Assembly (NCBI GenBank): GCA_951406725.2
Contig: OX597824.1
Span: forward strand, 40,362,001-40,426,000
Reading direction: 5' to 3'
DNA length: 64,000 nt
Source: Octopus vulgaris
Lineage: Eukaryota
Shown: positions 12,578-25,327 of the stretch, piece by piece
Layout: each line of letters starts with the position of its first letter
How positions within the stretch are numbered: position 1 is the stretch's first letter
Notes under the pieces: model-generated
Seen by the model: the letters and a program-made list of their open reading frames with translations, nothing else
Databases searched by the model: none
Told to the model about the DNA's origin: nothing
Translations under genes and position numbers: made by a program

Positions 12578-12978
12578 CTCTTTACTCTGTCTTTTACTTG
12601 TTTCAGTCATTTGACTGCTGCCATGCTGGAGCAGCGCCTTTAATCGAGCAACTCGACCCCGGGACTTATTCTTTTGTAAGCCCAGTACTTATTCTATCGG
12701 TCTCTTTTGCCAAACCGCTAAGTAACGAGGACATAAACACACCAGCATCAGTTGTCAAGCAATGCTAGGGGGACAAACACACACACGCATATATATATAT
12801 ATATATACATATATACGACGGGCTTCTTTCAGTTTCCGTCTACCAAATCCACTCACAAGGCATTGGTCGGCCCGGGGCTATAGCAGAAGACACTTGCCCA
12901 AGATGCCACGCAGTGGGACTGAACCCGGAACCATGTGGTTGGTAAGCAAGCTACTTACCACACAGCTACTCCTGCGCC
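12578..12978 (-). mobile_element. young full-length SINE family A
   Basis: CpG-retaining copy matching 22596-23010; inserted inside a family E repeat. Confidence 0.9.
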
Positions 12979-13820
12979 TATAAGCTGATTTTTTTTTTTT
13001 CTTTAAACGGTAGAGTATGATTTGAGGGAAAATTTGGTTGTAATTTCTAGCAGGGCTTATGACTATATAGAAACTCTTTCTCATTAGCTCACCAGCAAAG
13101 AATTATATATCTCAGCCATAGAGATAAGATAGCATCAGTGACTGAGTTATGAAGCACCAATTATTTAGGCTATTGGTTGAGACTTAGTCAAAATGGTCAT
13201 TGATAAATTTTTGTTCTATATTGGAAACAAAAATTAAGTTTATTTTATTTTTCACTGCTTTCAGTCCTTGGGCTGTGGACATACTGGGACGTGACCTTTA
13301 AAGATATATAATTAAAAAAAAAGTAACGATTAAGCTTTGGTACTATTTTGGGTTAAAACAACGAATGATTATTGTTGAGGAGATGCAATATTTTGGCTAA
13401 GAACTGATATTTGAGACATAACTTACGCATGTACACCTACATACATTTACACACACACACACAAAGATTATCTAAACATACAGTAGGCTCCTCCCTTTTT
13501 ATCTAACTCACTCCCTCGCAATGCATATGTTAATTTAGATGGGTTGGGGCTAGAGTTCCACATTATGTGTGTGTGTGTGTGTGTAAGTATGTAAGAGTGT
13601 ATGCATGCATGTAAGTGTGTGTGTGTATGTTTCTGTATATGTTTTAGCGCATATGTTCTGTGTAAGACTTTTGCTATGGTTTGGTTTAGAAGGAAAGGGA
13701 TACACCTATGTTCTTCTTAGGCCTTCCTGGAATTGATGCTGTTAATATTCAATTTGAACAGTTGCAAGTTGACAGCTACAGAAAAAAAAAAGAAGAAAAA
13801 AAATTTGCAGGAAAAGATAT

Positions 13821-14046
13821 CAATGGGCTGATGTGTTTCAAGAAGGGCTAATGTGTTCTGTGAAGTGCTGATGTGCTCTGAGAAGTGCTGATGTGCTCCG
13901 AGAAGTGCTGATGTGCTCCGAGAAGGGCTGATGTGCTCCGAGAAGGGCTGATGTGCTCTGAGAAGGGCTGATGTGTTCCGTGAAGGGCTGATGTGTTCTG
14001 TGGAGAGCTCATGTGTTCCAAGAAGGGCTTATGTGTTCTGAGAAGT
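13821..14046. repeat. 20-bp minisatellite, about 11 copies
   Basis: Unit AGAAGGGCTGATGTGCTCCG with exact 20-bp period. Confidence 0.9.
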
Positions 14047-14335
14047 AAGACTGGGTATAAATGTGTCAGTAGAGGTCCAGAGTGAATACAGTATGGGTGA
14101 CAAGAAGACAAGAAAGAAGGAGTGAGTCAAGAGTGCTCCCCTACCAACTTTTATCAAAAAACACATCTCATTCCATAAAGTCCTGAGAACATATAAGACT
14201 CTCTATGTGTTGTCTTATCTATGTAAGCATGAAATGTAACAGATTTAAGAAGAAGGGTTAAGTTGAATATGGTGACATTTACACCATTTTTCAACAGTAT
14301 TTCAGGAGACATAAGGAAGAAATTGCTACAGTAAA

Positions 14336-15097
14336 CAGCAATGTGGCTGTGTGGTAAGAAGTTTGCTTCCCAACCACATGGTTCCAGGTTCAGTTCCACT
14401 GTGTGGCACCTTGGGCAAGTGTTTTCTACTACAACCCTGAGTAGTAAATTTGTCGACAGAAACTGAAAAGTAGCCCGTCGTGTGTGTGTGTGTATGTGTG
14501 CCTTAGTGTTTGTCCCTCACCATTTCTTGACAACCAATGTTGGTTTGTTTACATCCCCATAACTGAGTGATTTGGCAAAAAGAGGTTGATAGATTAAGTA
14601 GAAGGCTTTAAAAATAAATACTAGGGTCAATTTGTTCGATATAATCTCTTCAAAGTGGTGTCCCAACAAGATCACAGTCCAGTAACTGAAATAAGAAACC
14701 ACCAAGTTATGGGGATGCAAACAAACTAACACTGGTTGTCAAGCAGTGGTGAGGTACAGGAGTGGCTGTGTGGTAAGTAGCTTGCTTACAAACCACATGG
14801 TTCTGGGTTCAGTCCCACTGCATGACACTTTGGGCAAGTGTCTTCTACTATAGTCTCGGGCCAACCAAAGCCTTGTGAGTACACACACACACATGTGTGT
14901 GTGTTATTCCCTCCCCCCCAACATCACTTGACAACCGATGCTGGTGTGTTTACATCCCCATAACTTAGTGGTTCGGCAAAAGTGACCAATAGAATAAGTA
15001 CTAGGCTTACAAAGAATAATACCTGGGCTCGATTTGCTCAACTAAAGGCAGTGCTCCAGCATGGCCTCAGTCAAATGACTGATACAAATAAAAGAGA
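14336..15097 (+). mobile_element. two adjacent SINE family A copies
   Basis: Heads GTGGCTGTGTGGTAAG at about 14343 and 14762, each with CTTGGGCAAGTG/TTTGGGCAAGTG core and family A tail. Confidence 0.8.
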
Positions 15098-15424
15098 AAA
15101 AATTAAATTAAAATATATTTTAAAAAATCAAGTCCATCCTGTGGATTTACCCACAACCAAGGACTTACTTTCTTGCCTCTAACTTTTATGGTACACGTAT
15201 TATTTGCATATTCGTTTTGAAAGCCACCCTCCTACTCCCTTGGTGCCATAATCTGCTACTGATGGTGGTGGTGGTGGTGGTGGTGATATTAGTGTTACTG
15301 GAGTATGTTGCTGAGAAGTCAATAGCCATGCACTCCAGCTTTTTTGTATTGATATATCCATTACCATAGCAACTGTCAACCATTAGTGGGAATTGTCCCA
15401 TGTCAACTTATATCAGAATTTCAC

Positions 15425-15691
15425 ACTGCTACTGCTGCTGCTACTACTACTACTACTACTACTACCACTATTGCTGCTGCTGCTACTACTACTACTACCA
15501 CTATTACTACTACTACTACTACTACTACCACCACTATTGCTGCTGCTGCTGCTGCCACTACTACTGCTACCACTATTACTACTACTACTACTACTACTAC
15601 CACACTACCACTATTGCTGCTGCTACTACTACTACTACTATTGCTGCTGCTGCTACTACTACAACCACCACCATCACCACTATTGCTGCTG

Positions 15692-15726
<35 letters not shown>

Positions 15727-15975
15727 GCCGCCACCACCACCACCACTACTACTGTATCATCACTACCATTACCATCAGTGTCATCACTAATACTAACATC
15801 ACACCCAACAACCACTACCACCGGCACTACTACTGCTCCTCTAACATCACTACTACTACTACCATCACTTCAATTACCAGCATCATCATTACCACCACCA
15901 TCATCACTACAACCACCTGCATTCAAACAACTACCCCCAACATCAACACAACCATCCACACCACCACCACCATCA
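15425..15975. repeat. compound trinucleotide repeat (ACT/ACC/GCT)n
   Basis: Direct reading; generates poly-T/L/Y ORFs in all frames. Confidence 0.9.
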
Positions 15976-16099
15976 CATGTTGATAAATCTATGTTGGTTT
16001 AGTAACTGAGGAGGTTGGATAAGAGACAGGAAGGAGCTGAGTGAGAAAAATGAGCTCCGAAATGATGTTGTTGTTATTGTTGATGGTGGTGGTGGTAGG

Positions 16100-16530
16100 G
16101 TTGTTACTGTTATTTTTTAGGCTGAAGTTGGCAAACATTAGATCCATGACTGAAGACATTCCAATCATGCCCATCCAATATTTTATTCAGATGTGGTATA
16201 TTTACAACTGTGTTGTTTTGTTTTTTTCTTAGACAGCAGGGTGTGTTTCAAAAGAGATTGTATGTCCATCTTGGTTTTAAATACACGATCATTCTAGAAA
16301 TAGCAGCTGTATCTCCCTCACATTTCACCCTACAGGCTGTTGTTGTTTAACCCCAGGCCAGCCCTAACTGAACAAGTTTATGATCTGACATTCCAGCTGT
16401 GACTATCCTGTCATGTCTTAAGAGGTGTCTCATATTACAATTTTGAATGCGTCCTTCAGTATTTCCAGCTGGTGTATTGTAATTTGAGGGAGGTTTGGCT
16501 GTTATTTTTAGCAGGTTAAGTAGCCTAACT
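16100..16530 (-). mobile_element. family E repeats ((CAA)n-tailed SINE-like; possibly Ceph-SINE related)
   Basis: TTGTTGTTTAACCCCAGGCCAGCCC...CATTCCAGC...GATTTGGCTGCTATTTCTAGCAGG motif set, also at about 3580-3950, 12450-13090, 21240-21430, 47510-47680, 49870-50610 and inverted at 34540-34720 and 55940-56120. Confidence 0.6.
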
Positions 16531-17904
16531 CGCCATCCTAATGGCAGTTCAAGGTGGAATGTCATTACTTTTAACCGCAATCACATTTCCAGCTGGTACA
16601 CTTTCATTTACATGAGCTGTTAGTTTCTCTTCATCTTCGTATATTTACACATCTGTGTGTGTGTGTCTGTGCGTGATTGTATCTATACATGCATATGCAC
16701 ATCTGTGAATGTACTTTTATGTTTCTGAACGTGTTTATGTGTGCATGTGTGAACATGTGTGTATTTGTGTGAATATATACGTGTATGTTTTTGTGAACAT
16801 GTGTGTGTGTGTGTGTATATTTCTATAAATGTGTATGTGTTTGAATGTGTGTGGGCATATTTGTGCTTGTGTGCTTTTGAACTTGCATGTATAAACTGTG
16901 ACTGTGTGAGTGTGTATATCTGTGTATAAACATGTATGGCAAGAGGTGAGCATGTGTGTGTTTGTGCATGTGTCTGTGTGTGGGGTGGGAGAGATAGTGC
17001 ACACCTGCATGTGCTCATTATGTACACATGCACAGTGGGTGCACATGTGCACTCAGTGTGTGTAGATGTGTACGTATGTGTTGTAAGTCACCCTTTCAAA
17101 ACTAGTATTTAAAAGAGCAGGCAACATGACACCACCACTTTGAATAACAGCAACAATAACAATTGTAACAGTGTGTCAATAATGATGTAATGTAATTAAA
17201 CCTAACTATTTCTAGCAGGTGGTGAAACCACACAGAGATAGACCAAGATAAGCACATTTTATCTCAATCTGAAATCTCCAAAACTGCTATTTAAATTACA
17301 AATACATACGCACACACATTCATACACATGTACACGAGTTTTACATATTTTGATGAAAGCATATATTGAAGATGTAAATAATATCATACTTAGAAAAAAA
17401 AAATTACTTAAGGGTGTGCAAGTTAAATATGTCATGTTTATTATATGTGGAGTACTTTCCTTTTTTTTCTTGTGAATTGTGGTGCATATAACATTACACA
17501 CACACAGGCACACACACACACACACACACATTATATGATTTTATTGACAATAACTTTCAAAATTCCACCAATGATGTAACGTATTCAAATGTCTGAATAA
17601 GCTGCATACTTTGTGAAACTTTGAAGTTGCTTTCCTTATTGTCATTGTTATCCTCATTGTCATCATAGTCATCGTCATCATAGTCGTTTTGTGTACGACT
17701 TCACCACCCCCATTACAACCTCATTATACTATAATGTAATTATCACACCACAATCACTAGCTCACAGATATACTGGGTTTTCTTTCTATCTCTTCTACTA
17801 CAACTTCAGCATCACACTACAGTCACATCACTACACCACAGTCTCATCTTCAACTCTGAGACTGTAAATATTTTGTATTTCATCCATGCTTACATTTGTT
17901 TCTT

Positions 17905-18220
17905 TTGTCCATGCATACAGGCATGTTCTCCATATCCCTTTCTCAGCCAAGTGATCCTAATCATGTGAACTTCTGTGTGCTGATGCCATGCGAAAGCGCC
18001 CATGCCGGTGCCTCATAAAAGTGTGTGCTAGTGCCACATAAAAGAACCCATGTTGGTGCCATGTTAAAAGCATCCAGTACGTTCTGTAAAGTGGTTGGCA
18101 TCAGGAAGGACAATCCAACCATAGAAACCATGCCCCAAACAGACAAATGGAACCTGGGCAGTTCTCCAATGGCTGGTTCCTGTCAAACTGTCCAACCCAC
18201 GCCAGCATGGAAAACGGACT
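17905..18220 (+). mobile_element. RTE-type 3' UTR fragment
   Basis: Similar to 55000-55300 (ATGCATACAGGCATG...CTCAGCCAAG...GTTGGCATCAGGAAGG). Confidence 0.65.
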
Positions 18221-18518
18221 TAGAAAGTTACCCTCCCAGGCACAAGTCCAGGCAAGGTTGTTTATGGAAGACCAGCAGTTGCCCATGCATATCAGCCTCC
18301 CCTCTCCATGCCACCAGTGTTATCCAAGGGAAAGACATAGGGGCCGATACAGCTTGGCACCTGTGACATCGCAACTCATTTCTACAGCTGAGTGAACTGG
18401 AACAATGTGAAATAAAATGTCTTGCTCAAGAACACAACACACAGCCCAGTCCAGGATTCGAGCTCACAACCTCACGATCATAAGCTCGACGCTCTAACCA
18501 CTGAGCCATGTGCCTTCA
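18221..18518 (-). mobile_element. SINE family C
   Basis: Minus head TGAAGGCACATGGCTCAGTGGTTAGAGCGTCG...GCTCGAATCC; matches 290-575. Confidence 0.85.
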
Positions 18519-18540
18519 CATGTATGTGTGTGTGTATATA

Positions 18541-18895
18541 ATCGAAATCGAATTGAACCAGCCAGGATCCCTGGTCTGGTGGTACGTAAAAAGCACTATC
18601 CGACTCGTGGCCGATGCCAGCACCGCCTCGACTGGCTTCCGTGCCGGTGGCACATAAAATACACCAATCCGACCGTGGCTGTTGCCAGCCTCGCCTGGCA
18701 CCTGTGCAGGTGGCACATAAAAGCACCCACTACACTCACGGAGTGGTTGGCGTTAGGAAGGGCATCCAGCTGTAGAAACATTGCCAGATTAGACTGGAGC
18801 CTGGTGCAGCCTTCTGGCTTCCCAGAACCCCGGTCGAACCGTCCAACCCATGCTAGCATGGAGAACGGACGTTAAACGATGATGATGATGATGAT
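18541..18895 (+). mobile_element. young RTE-tail element with (GAT)n end
   Basis: GAGTGGTTGGCGTTAGGAAGGGCATCCAGCTGTAGAAAC...GGACGTTAAACGATGATGATG; CpG-rich. Confidence 0.8.
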
Positions 18896-19350
18896 ATATA
18901 TATATGTGTGTGTGTGTGTATGTATGTGTATATATATGTGTGTATATCTATCTATCTATATATATATATATATATAGTTCTTTTGAATTAGTAAACTCAA
19001 GCTAAACAAACAAGAGATGTTGCAAAAGACATGATCTGTTCATTACAGGATCTAAATAGTCGCTGATTTTGTCATGTGATGGTACCACTTCATCGTGTAA
19101 TTCCTAATTATATAACATAGGTAAACAGGTAGAGAGCAAAGAGACCGTTCAGTAATGACTTAGCAAGATGCCTGTTTATATAGTTCTATATTCATATACT
19201 TGTGCACTTTTACTAGTATACACCTTCACAAACATACACTCTCACAAACAAACATACTCTTACACTCATACATACACTCTTGAATGTACACACACACACA
19301 CATATACATTCATACATGTTCTCATATACATACTCGCACATGATTTGATG

Positions 19351-19392
<42 letters not shown>

Positions 19393-19716
19393 GACACACA
19401 TTCATACTCATTTGCACACACACATATACATTCACACTCACACATATACATGCATGCACATACACCAACAAGAATAACAACCACAAAAATTTAACTAATT
19501 AATAATTCAATAAATTTTTGGCTGGAAGAATGAAAACTTTTAAGTCTATAAAGCAGAATAATTTACATTGTGAACAGGTATTAAACAATGTTATTGCCAG
19601 TCTTATACAGCAAATGCAAAGACCCAGTCTTCAGCAACATGGCAGTGCTAACAATAAGGATTATAAAACAAGCAAAGAAATTATTTTTACAACTGTTTTT
19701 GCTAAAATATCATATG

Positions 19717-20300
19717 TTAATCTTTTTGATATCACCTGAGACATGCTCTGGAATTTTGATACTAGTCCAGTTGAGCATATCCTTTTGACCTTTGATACCT
19801 GCCCATTTAAGGCATCTTGACCAACCCACTTAAGTTATCTTCTAAACTCTCAATACCAGCCCACATGAGATATTCTCAGGGCCCTTAATACCATCCCATT
19901 TAAGACATTCCCTGGGCCTTTGATACCAATCCATTTGAGATGACCTCTGAGTCTTTGATACTAGCCCACTTGGAACCTTCTCTAGGTCTTTGATACCCAC
20001 CTGTTTAAGACATCCTCTGGGCTTTTAATACCAGCCCTTTGGAGATGATCTCTGATCCTATGATACTAGCCCACCCAAGACCTCTGCTGATCCTTTGGTG
20101 CCAGCCCACTTGAGTTAACTTTTAGGCCTTTGATACCAGCCCATTAAAGCCATCCTCTAGGTATTTAATACCAGCCCATTTGAATTATCTTTTTGGCCTA
20201 TGATATCAGCCCATTTGAAATATCCTCTGGTCTTTTAGTATCAATCTACCAAAGATCTCCATTGGTCCTTTGATATCAGCTCACCTGGTCCTTTGATATA
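19717..20300. repeat. diverged 35-bp tandem satellite
   Basis: CCTTTGATACCAGCCCATTTGAGATATCCTCTGGG-like units starting at 19847, 19882, 19917, 19952, 19987, 20022, 20057, 20092, 20127, 20162, 20197, 20232, 20267, plus decayed units upstream. Confidence 0.9.
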
Positions 20301-22370
20301 AACTCACAAACTGAATTTCTTTGATGTACAAAAAGACAGAATTGGTCATATCTGGAACTCATTTGATTATATGTCTATTCAGTCAGAGATGGTCTGGGGT
20401 TAAACAATGACGTAAACTAATTAATGAAAAAATTAACTTTAAATCCTGGGCTAAAACAAACACAACAAAAACCAATTAATGAAAAGGCTAATTTTACCAA
20501 ATCCTTTATATTCTTGATTATTTTAAAATTAATTAAAATGCAAAGTATTTTGTTGATCCCAATAGAATTTTATAAGAGAATTTTTCAAGAGAATATGGAA
20601 TAATTATTTTTTAGGAATAGTGGCTCTCAAAGCACATCACATAAATCTATAAATAATAGTGTATGAGATCCACTATTCCAGCAAAGTATTTTGTTAAAAA
20701 AAAAGAATCTCTGGTCCCATAAGGATTGAATGGAATTAAAATCAAATCAAAAACTGTTTAGTTTTTCCTGTAAATAAGCAATACAAGATATTATATCTGT
20801 CTTTTTCTGAATCCTCTTATCCTATAATACACACACACACACACATACACACACATGTGAAAGCACCCCATGCCTCCCCGCCTTGGTACCCTTATCTAAA
20901 CAACTAGGAAGGGGATCACCTATTTCTCTTGCCAAATGCTCTGTGAGGGGCACCGAAACTTATAAACAAGGCAACTCATTGTTTCCCTTGAAGACAGGGG
21001 CGGTGTGGGATCTGTTAGTTAGCTGGAGAAGGCAGCAGATGAGGGGGGTGAGGCACTTGACATAGAAAGACATACAGGCAGGCAGACAGACTAACAGATA
21101 TTACTTCCAACTTCCTTCATGGGTGTGGCGGCAGTGGGGTGAGTGCAATGTTGTAAACAAAGTATACACTTGTCAAAGCCTTACATTTTCTTATCTTAAA
21201 ACTCTTTAGCTGTGTATATTTGTGATGTAGGGGTTAGTGTTGTTGTTGTTTAGCACCAGGTCTGCCTTTCTGGAGCAGACTTATGATAAAAGACACTCTA
21301 GTTGCGACCATCTCATCTTTTTTGTAAGTCTTTAGACTACATTGATTTGCGTCATTTCTATTTTTAAAGCTGTCATGCTATGATTCAAAGGAGATTTGGT
21401 TGCTATTTCTAGAAGATAGAGTGGCCTCTCAGTGGTTCATGTGAGTGTTTGCACAGGAGAGTGAGAGTGTGAGAAAAACGTTGGAGATTAAATGTGTGAG
21501 CATGAGGGCAAGAATGTGAGTACCAATGAGGTGTGTGAGTATGTGTGTGTGAGTGTGTATGTGTGTAACATGCACAAGTCAATGGGGTGGGCATATATGT
21601 AGCTATGCTGTGATGTTGGTGGACAATGATAAACAAAACCAGCATGCTAACTCTCTCTCTCTCCACCTCCTCCTCTATGCCTCCTATCTCTTTCTCTCTC
21701 ACCCTGTATCTCCCCCTCCCTTACAAAATACTAATGTAGTTTTATAGACAGACAAGCAGTGGTAGTGATGGTGGCAGTGGGAGGAATGGCTAGTAAGGTA
21801 GGAAGGTGATTCTGAATCATCATGTTATTGTCTTAACAGCTTACTTCCTCTTAAGGTTTCCTCCACCTCCCATACACTGCTGACTCCAGAATCATCATCA
21901 TCTGGATGGGTGAAGGTGAAACATCCACAGTTGCAGGTTATCACTACTACCTACAAGTAGCTTCATTATCTTTAATCCACCCTCATCATCATCATCATCA
22001 TCATCATCACAGTCTTTGCAAACCACCATTATCATTAATACTAGACATCTGTTCACAATTTACTTCACCAACCTGCTGGATATCAGCAGCCAAACCCCTT
22101 TCAAATCATACAACAGCTTGACTGTAGTCAAGAAGTTCACTTCCCAACTACTTAGCTTTGGGTTCAATCCCACTACACAGCACCTTGGGCAAGTGTCTAA
22201 TGAAGTAGTTCTCAACCATTTTTTTTTGCCTGTGGACCCTTTTAATCCTTATCTTACTCTACAGGACCTTCATAACCATTCAATGTTTTTTAAAAAAAAT
22301 CCTCTTGTATCATAATTTAATATTATTAGGAATTCTATGAAAAAAATGTTAAAATATTGGGTACTTTTTG

Positions 22371-23096
22371 GTTATCTTACCCCCATTAAAAAATTGGGTT
22401 ATCCCCACCCCCAACTAAAAAATTGTTTAACCCTTATTGAAACAAAAATAAAATGAAAAATTAATAAACATGAAAAGTGAAAAGATTAAACATCTTATTA
22501 AATCTGATAACATTTTTATGACAAATCATACCATGCCTATTGAGGAGGCCAAAAATCAACAATGTCTTGAAGTCTTGAATCAAAAGGATCTAAAAGGTGC
22601 AGGAGTGGCTGTGTGGTAGGTAGCTTGTTTACCAACCACATGGTTCCGGGTTCAGTCCCACTGCGTGGCACCTTGGGCAAGTGTCTTCTACTATAGCCTC
22701 GGGCCGACCAAAGCCTTGTGAGTGGATTTGGTAGACGGAAACTGAAAGAAGCCCGTCGTATATATGTATATATATGTGTATATATATATGCGTGTGTGTG
22801 TTTGTGTGTCTGTGTTTGTCCCCCTAGCATTGCTTGACAACCGATGCTGGTGTGTTTATGTCCCCGTTACTTAGCGGTTCAGCAAAAAAGACTGATAGAA
22901 TAAGTACTAGGCTTACAAAAAGAATAAGTCCCGGGGTCGAGTTGCTCGATTAAAGGCGGTGCTCCAGCATGGCTGCAGTCAAATGACTGAAACAAGTAAA
23001 AGAGAGAGAGTAACCCTTTTAATCCAGTCTCTTGTCACATAAACTCAACTTTTTAGTGGGGGAGATAACCCAATTTTTTAATGGGGGTGAGATATC
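22371..23096. mobile_element. inverted-repeat-bounded element (DNA transposon relic) enclosing a SINE
   Basis: TATCTTACCCCCATTAAAAAATTGGGTTATC (22373) vs GATAACCCAATTTTTTAATGGGGGTGAGATA (23064). Confidence 0.6.
22596..23010 (+). mobile_element. full-length tRNA-derived CORE-like SINE (family A reference copy)
   Basis: GGTGCAGGAGTGGCTGTGTGGTAG (A box), GGGTTCAGTCCC (B box), CACCTTGGGCAAGTG CORE-like motif, internal (TA/TG)n, tail ATGACTGAAACAAGTAAAAGAG. Confidence 0.9.
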
Positions 23097-23923
23097 AGCA
23101 GGGTGGTATAATTCAAAAGCTACAATGTGAGGAAGTGCATTGTGACAAGCGGTGTATAACTGTCAGTAGTCTGGTCAATACTGTGTGTGTGTGTGTGCTT
23201 ACATCTGCAGTCACTTCTACAAAAGTTTTATGGATGGTGTAGTCAGTTTTTCTTGTCAACAAATCATCCAAATAATTTGTGCTTTCAAAACTGCAAGGAA
23301 TCAGTGACCCCTTACTTAAAAGACAGGTAAGGATTAGCATCAGGAAGGGTGTATTAATTAGTGTGATATATACAGAGGTCTTATTTACAGAAGTTTGGAA
23401 TGAGGATCAAACTAGCTGGTATCATCTTCAATTAAAGACTCATCAGGAATCATTTACCTCTGTCTTCCAAACTACACAAAGCAAATTGCATAGAGCTACT
23501 TCTAAGAATGTAAACAAGATTATGGCAGACATTTATATATTTTTTTATTAATATTTATATATTTTTATTTTCTAACTGGATTCACCATTTTGATTGCTCT
23601 GCTGGTGCACTGCCTTTAACGGATTATTAGCCAATTACATCAATACCACTGCTTGTTTTTAAATCTGTTACTTATTCTATTGATCTCTATTTTGTCAAGT
23701 CACTTATAACCCCAGGCTGACCAAATCCTTGTGAGTGGATTTGGTAGACAGAACTGAAAGATGTCTGTCATTTTCAATTGATAACCAAGAGGAGATTGGA
23801 AATTTATTCAAATCCCAAACATTTTTATTAAAAAGTTTTCTACAACACATATCTCTTTTAAGCCTGAGTACTATGAAATTGGACTGTTGTGAAATAATAT
23901 GCTATCCGCTTGGATAATCTATC

Positions 23924-23970
<47 letters not shown>

Positions 23971-23976
<6 letters not shown>

Positions 23977-24204
23977 GTGAATTGAAGAAATGGAGCTGAA
24001 CGAAGATTGAACAGAAATCGTTTTATTTCATTCTACACGTGTTTCGAAAGGCACAATTTACCAAAATATCCGCACCAACGCACGGTTGCAACACCATATG
24101 GTTGTACCTCCAACCGTGCTGTCTTCTGCTGTGATTTTTGCTACCAAGGTATCGGTTAAACTTTTGATTAATCTGCTACAAGATTATTCATCTTTCTATT
24201 TCAC

Positions 24205-24207
<3 letters not shown>
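23971..24207 (-). mobile_element. short element inserted in (TA)n; possible Penelope pLTR/retrozyme-derived fragment
   Basis: Long (TA)n on both sides; minus strand CGAAACACGTGTAG followed by AAATAAAA. Confidence 0.45.
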
Positions 24208-24251
<44 letters not shown>

Positions 24252-24563
24252 CAGGCATATATATGTGTGTGTGCGTCATTGTGTCTGTTTGTCCCCACCA
24301 CCACTGTTTGACAACTGGTGCTGGTGTGTTTGCATCCTTGTACCTTAGTAGCTCAGCAAAAGTGACCAATAAAATAAGTACCAGGCTTAAAAAAAATAAG
24401 TACTATGGTCAATGCATTCAACTAAAAATTCTTCTAGGTGATGCCCCAGCATGGCCACAGTCTAATGACTAAAACAAGTAGAAAAGATTTTAAAATATAC
24501 ACACACACTGCTTCCTATACAGTCACATATACATTTTTATACTTATACAAACACATACATGCA

Positions 24564-24603
<40 letters not shown>

Positions 24604-25327
24604 TCATTCATACCTGCACTCCTATACAAGTATATGTAAATATATATGCGCTCTCATGTATATACACAAATTCATAGGTACACACAAATTCATACATATA
24701 CATAGATTCATGCAAGCATAAAAATGCATGTATATACATGTATGCATGCAAATATACATGCATACATAAACATGCTTTCACCCACAAGTATATACTCATG
24801 CACACAGACAAATGCATGAATGTGCATACACAAACACACTTGCACACACAAATATGCAGCCACTCAGGCGTTTATAATTATATATATGCATAGATAAATG
24901 TGTACATTCACACATACATGCTTATATATTGATATACTTAATCACACACATATACACACACACAAATGCACACATATAACACATACACTCACGCTGATTC
25001 TCAGCCTCACATAAGTTATTATCATTAATCAAGATGCTGTGTCAAAGGTTATATCTAAACCCTGATTACCTAACTTTGCACTTCATGGGAATTGGTTGCA
25101 GTTTCTGATAATTTAGATATCTTGTAGTTATTTCTGTCAAGAGAGAGTATCACTCAATGCCCCACCTCTCTCTCCCTCTCTCTCTCTTTCTCTCGGACCT
25201 CACACGCAACTAATCACTAATGCAATACCTGATAAGATTTATCATAAACCAACTGCTGATATATTGCATGTGTGTGTATGTATATATGTATATTTATACA
25301 TATATGTATATTTATACATATATGTGT

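Noticed and set aside
15386-16002. Thr-rich mucin-like or His/Tyr/Cys-rich ORFs
   Set aside because: Trinucleotide repeat open in all frames on both strands; no convincing splice or start context.
18025-18875. GC-richer ORFs of 82-121 aa
   Set aside because: They lie wholly within SINE and RTE-tail repeats.
19518-19739. 73-aa ORF before the satellite
   Set aside because: No recognisable homology, no donor site, runs into the repeat.
19717-20300. CRISPR-like array
   Set aside because: Variable parts are diverged homologues of one another, not unique spacers; repeats are not identical; no cas genes; eukaryotic context.
20935-20970. Hammerhead-like CTGTGAGGGCACCGAAAC
   Set aside because: Core lacks one base of CTGANGA and there is no stem III or NUH site.
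23375-23510. Plus-strand open frame EVLFTEVWNEDQTSWYHLQLKTHQ...
   Set aside because: Weak splice signals and no recognisable domain.
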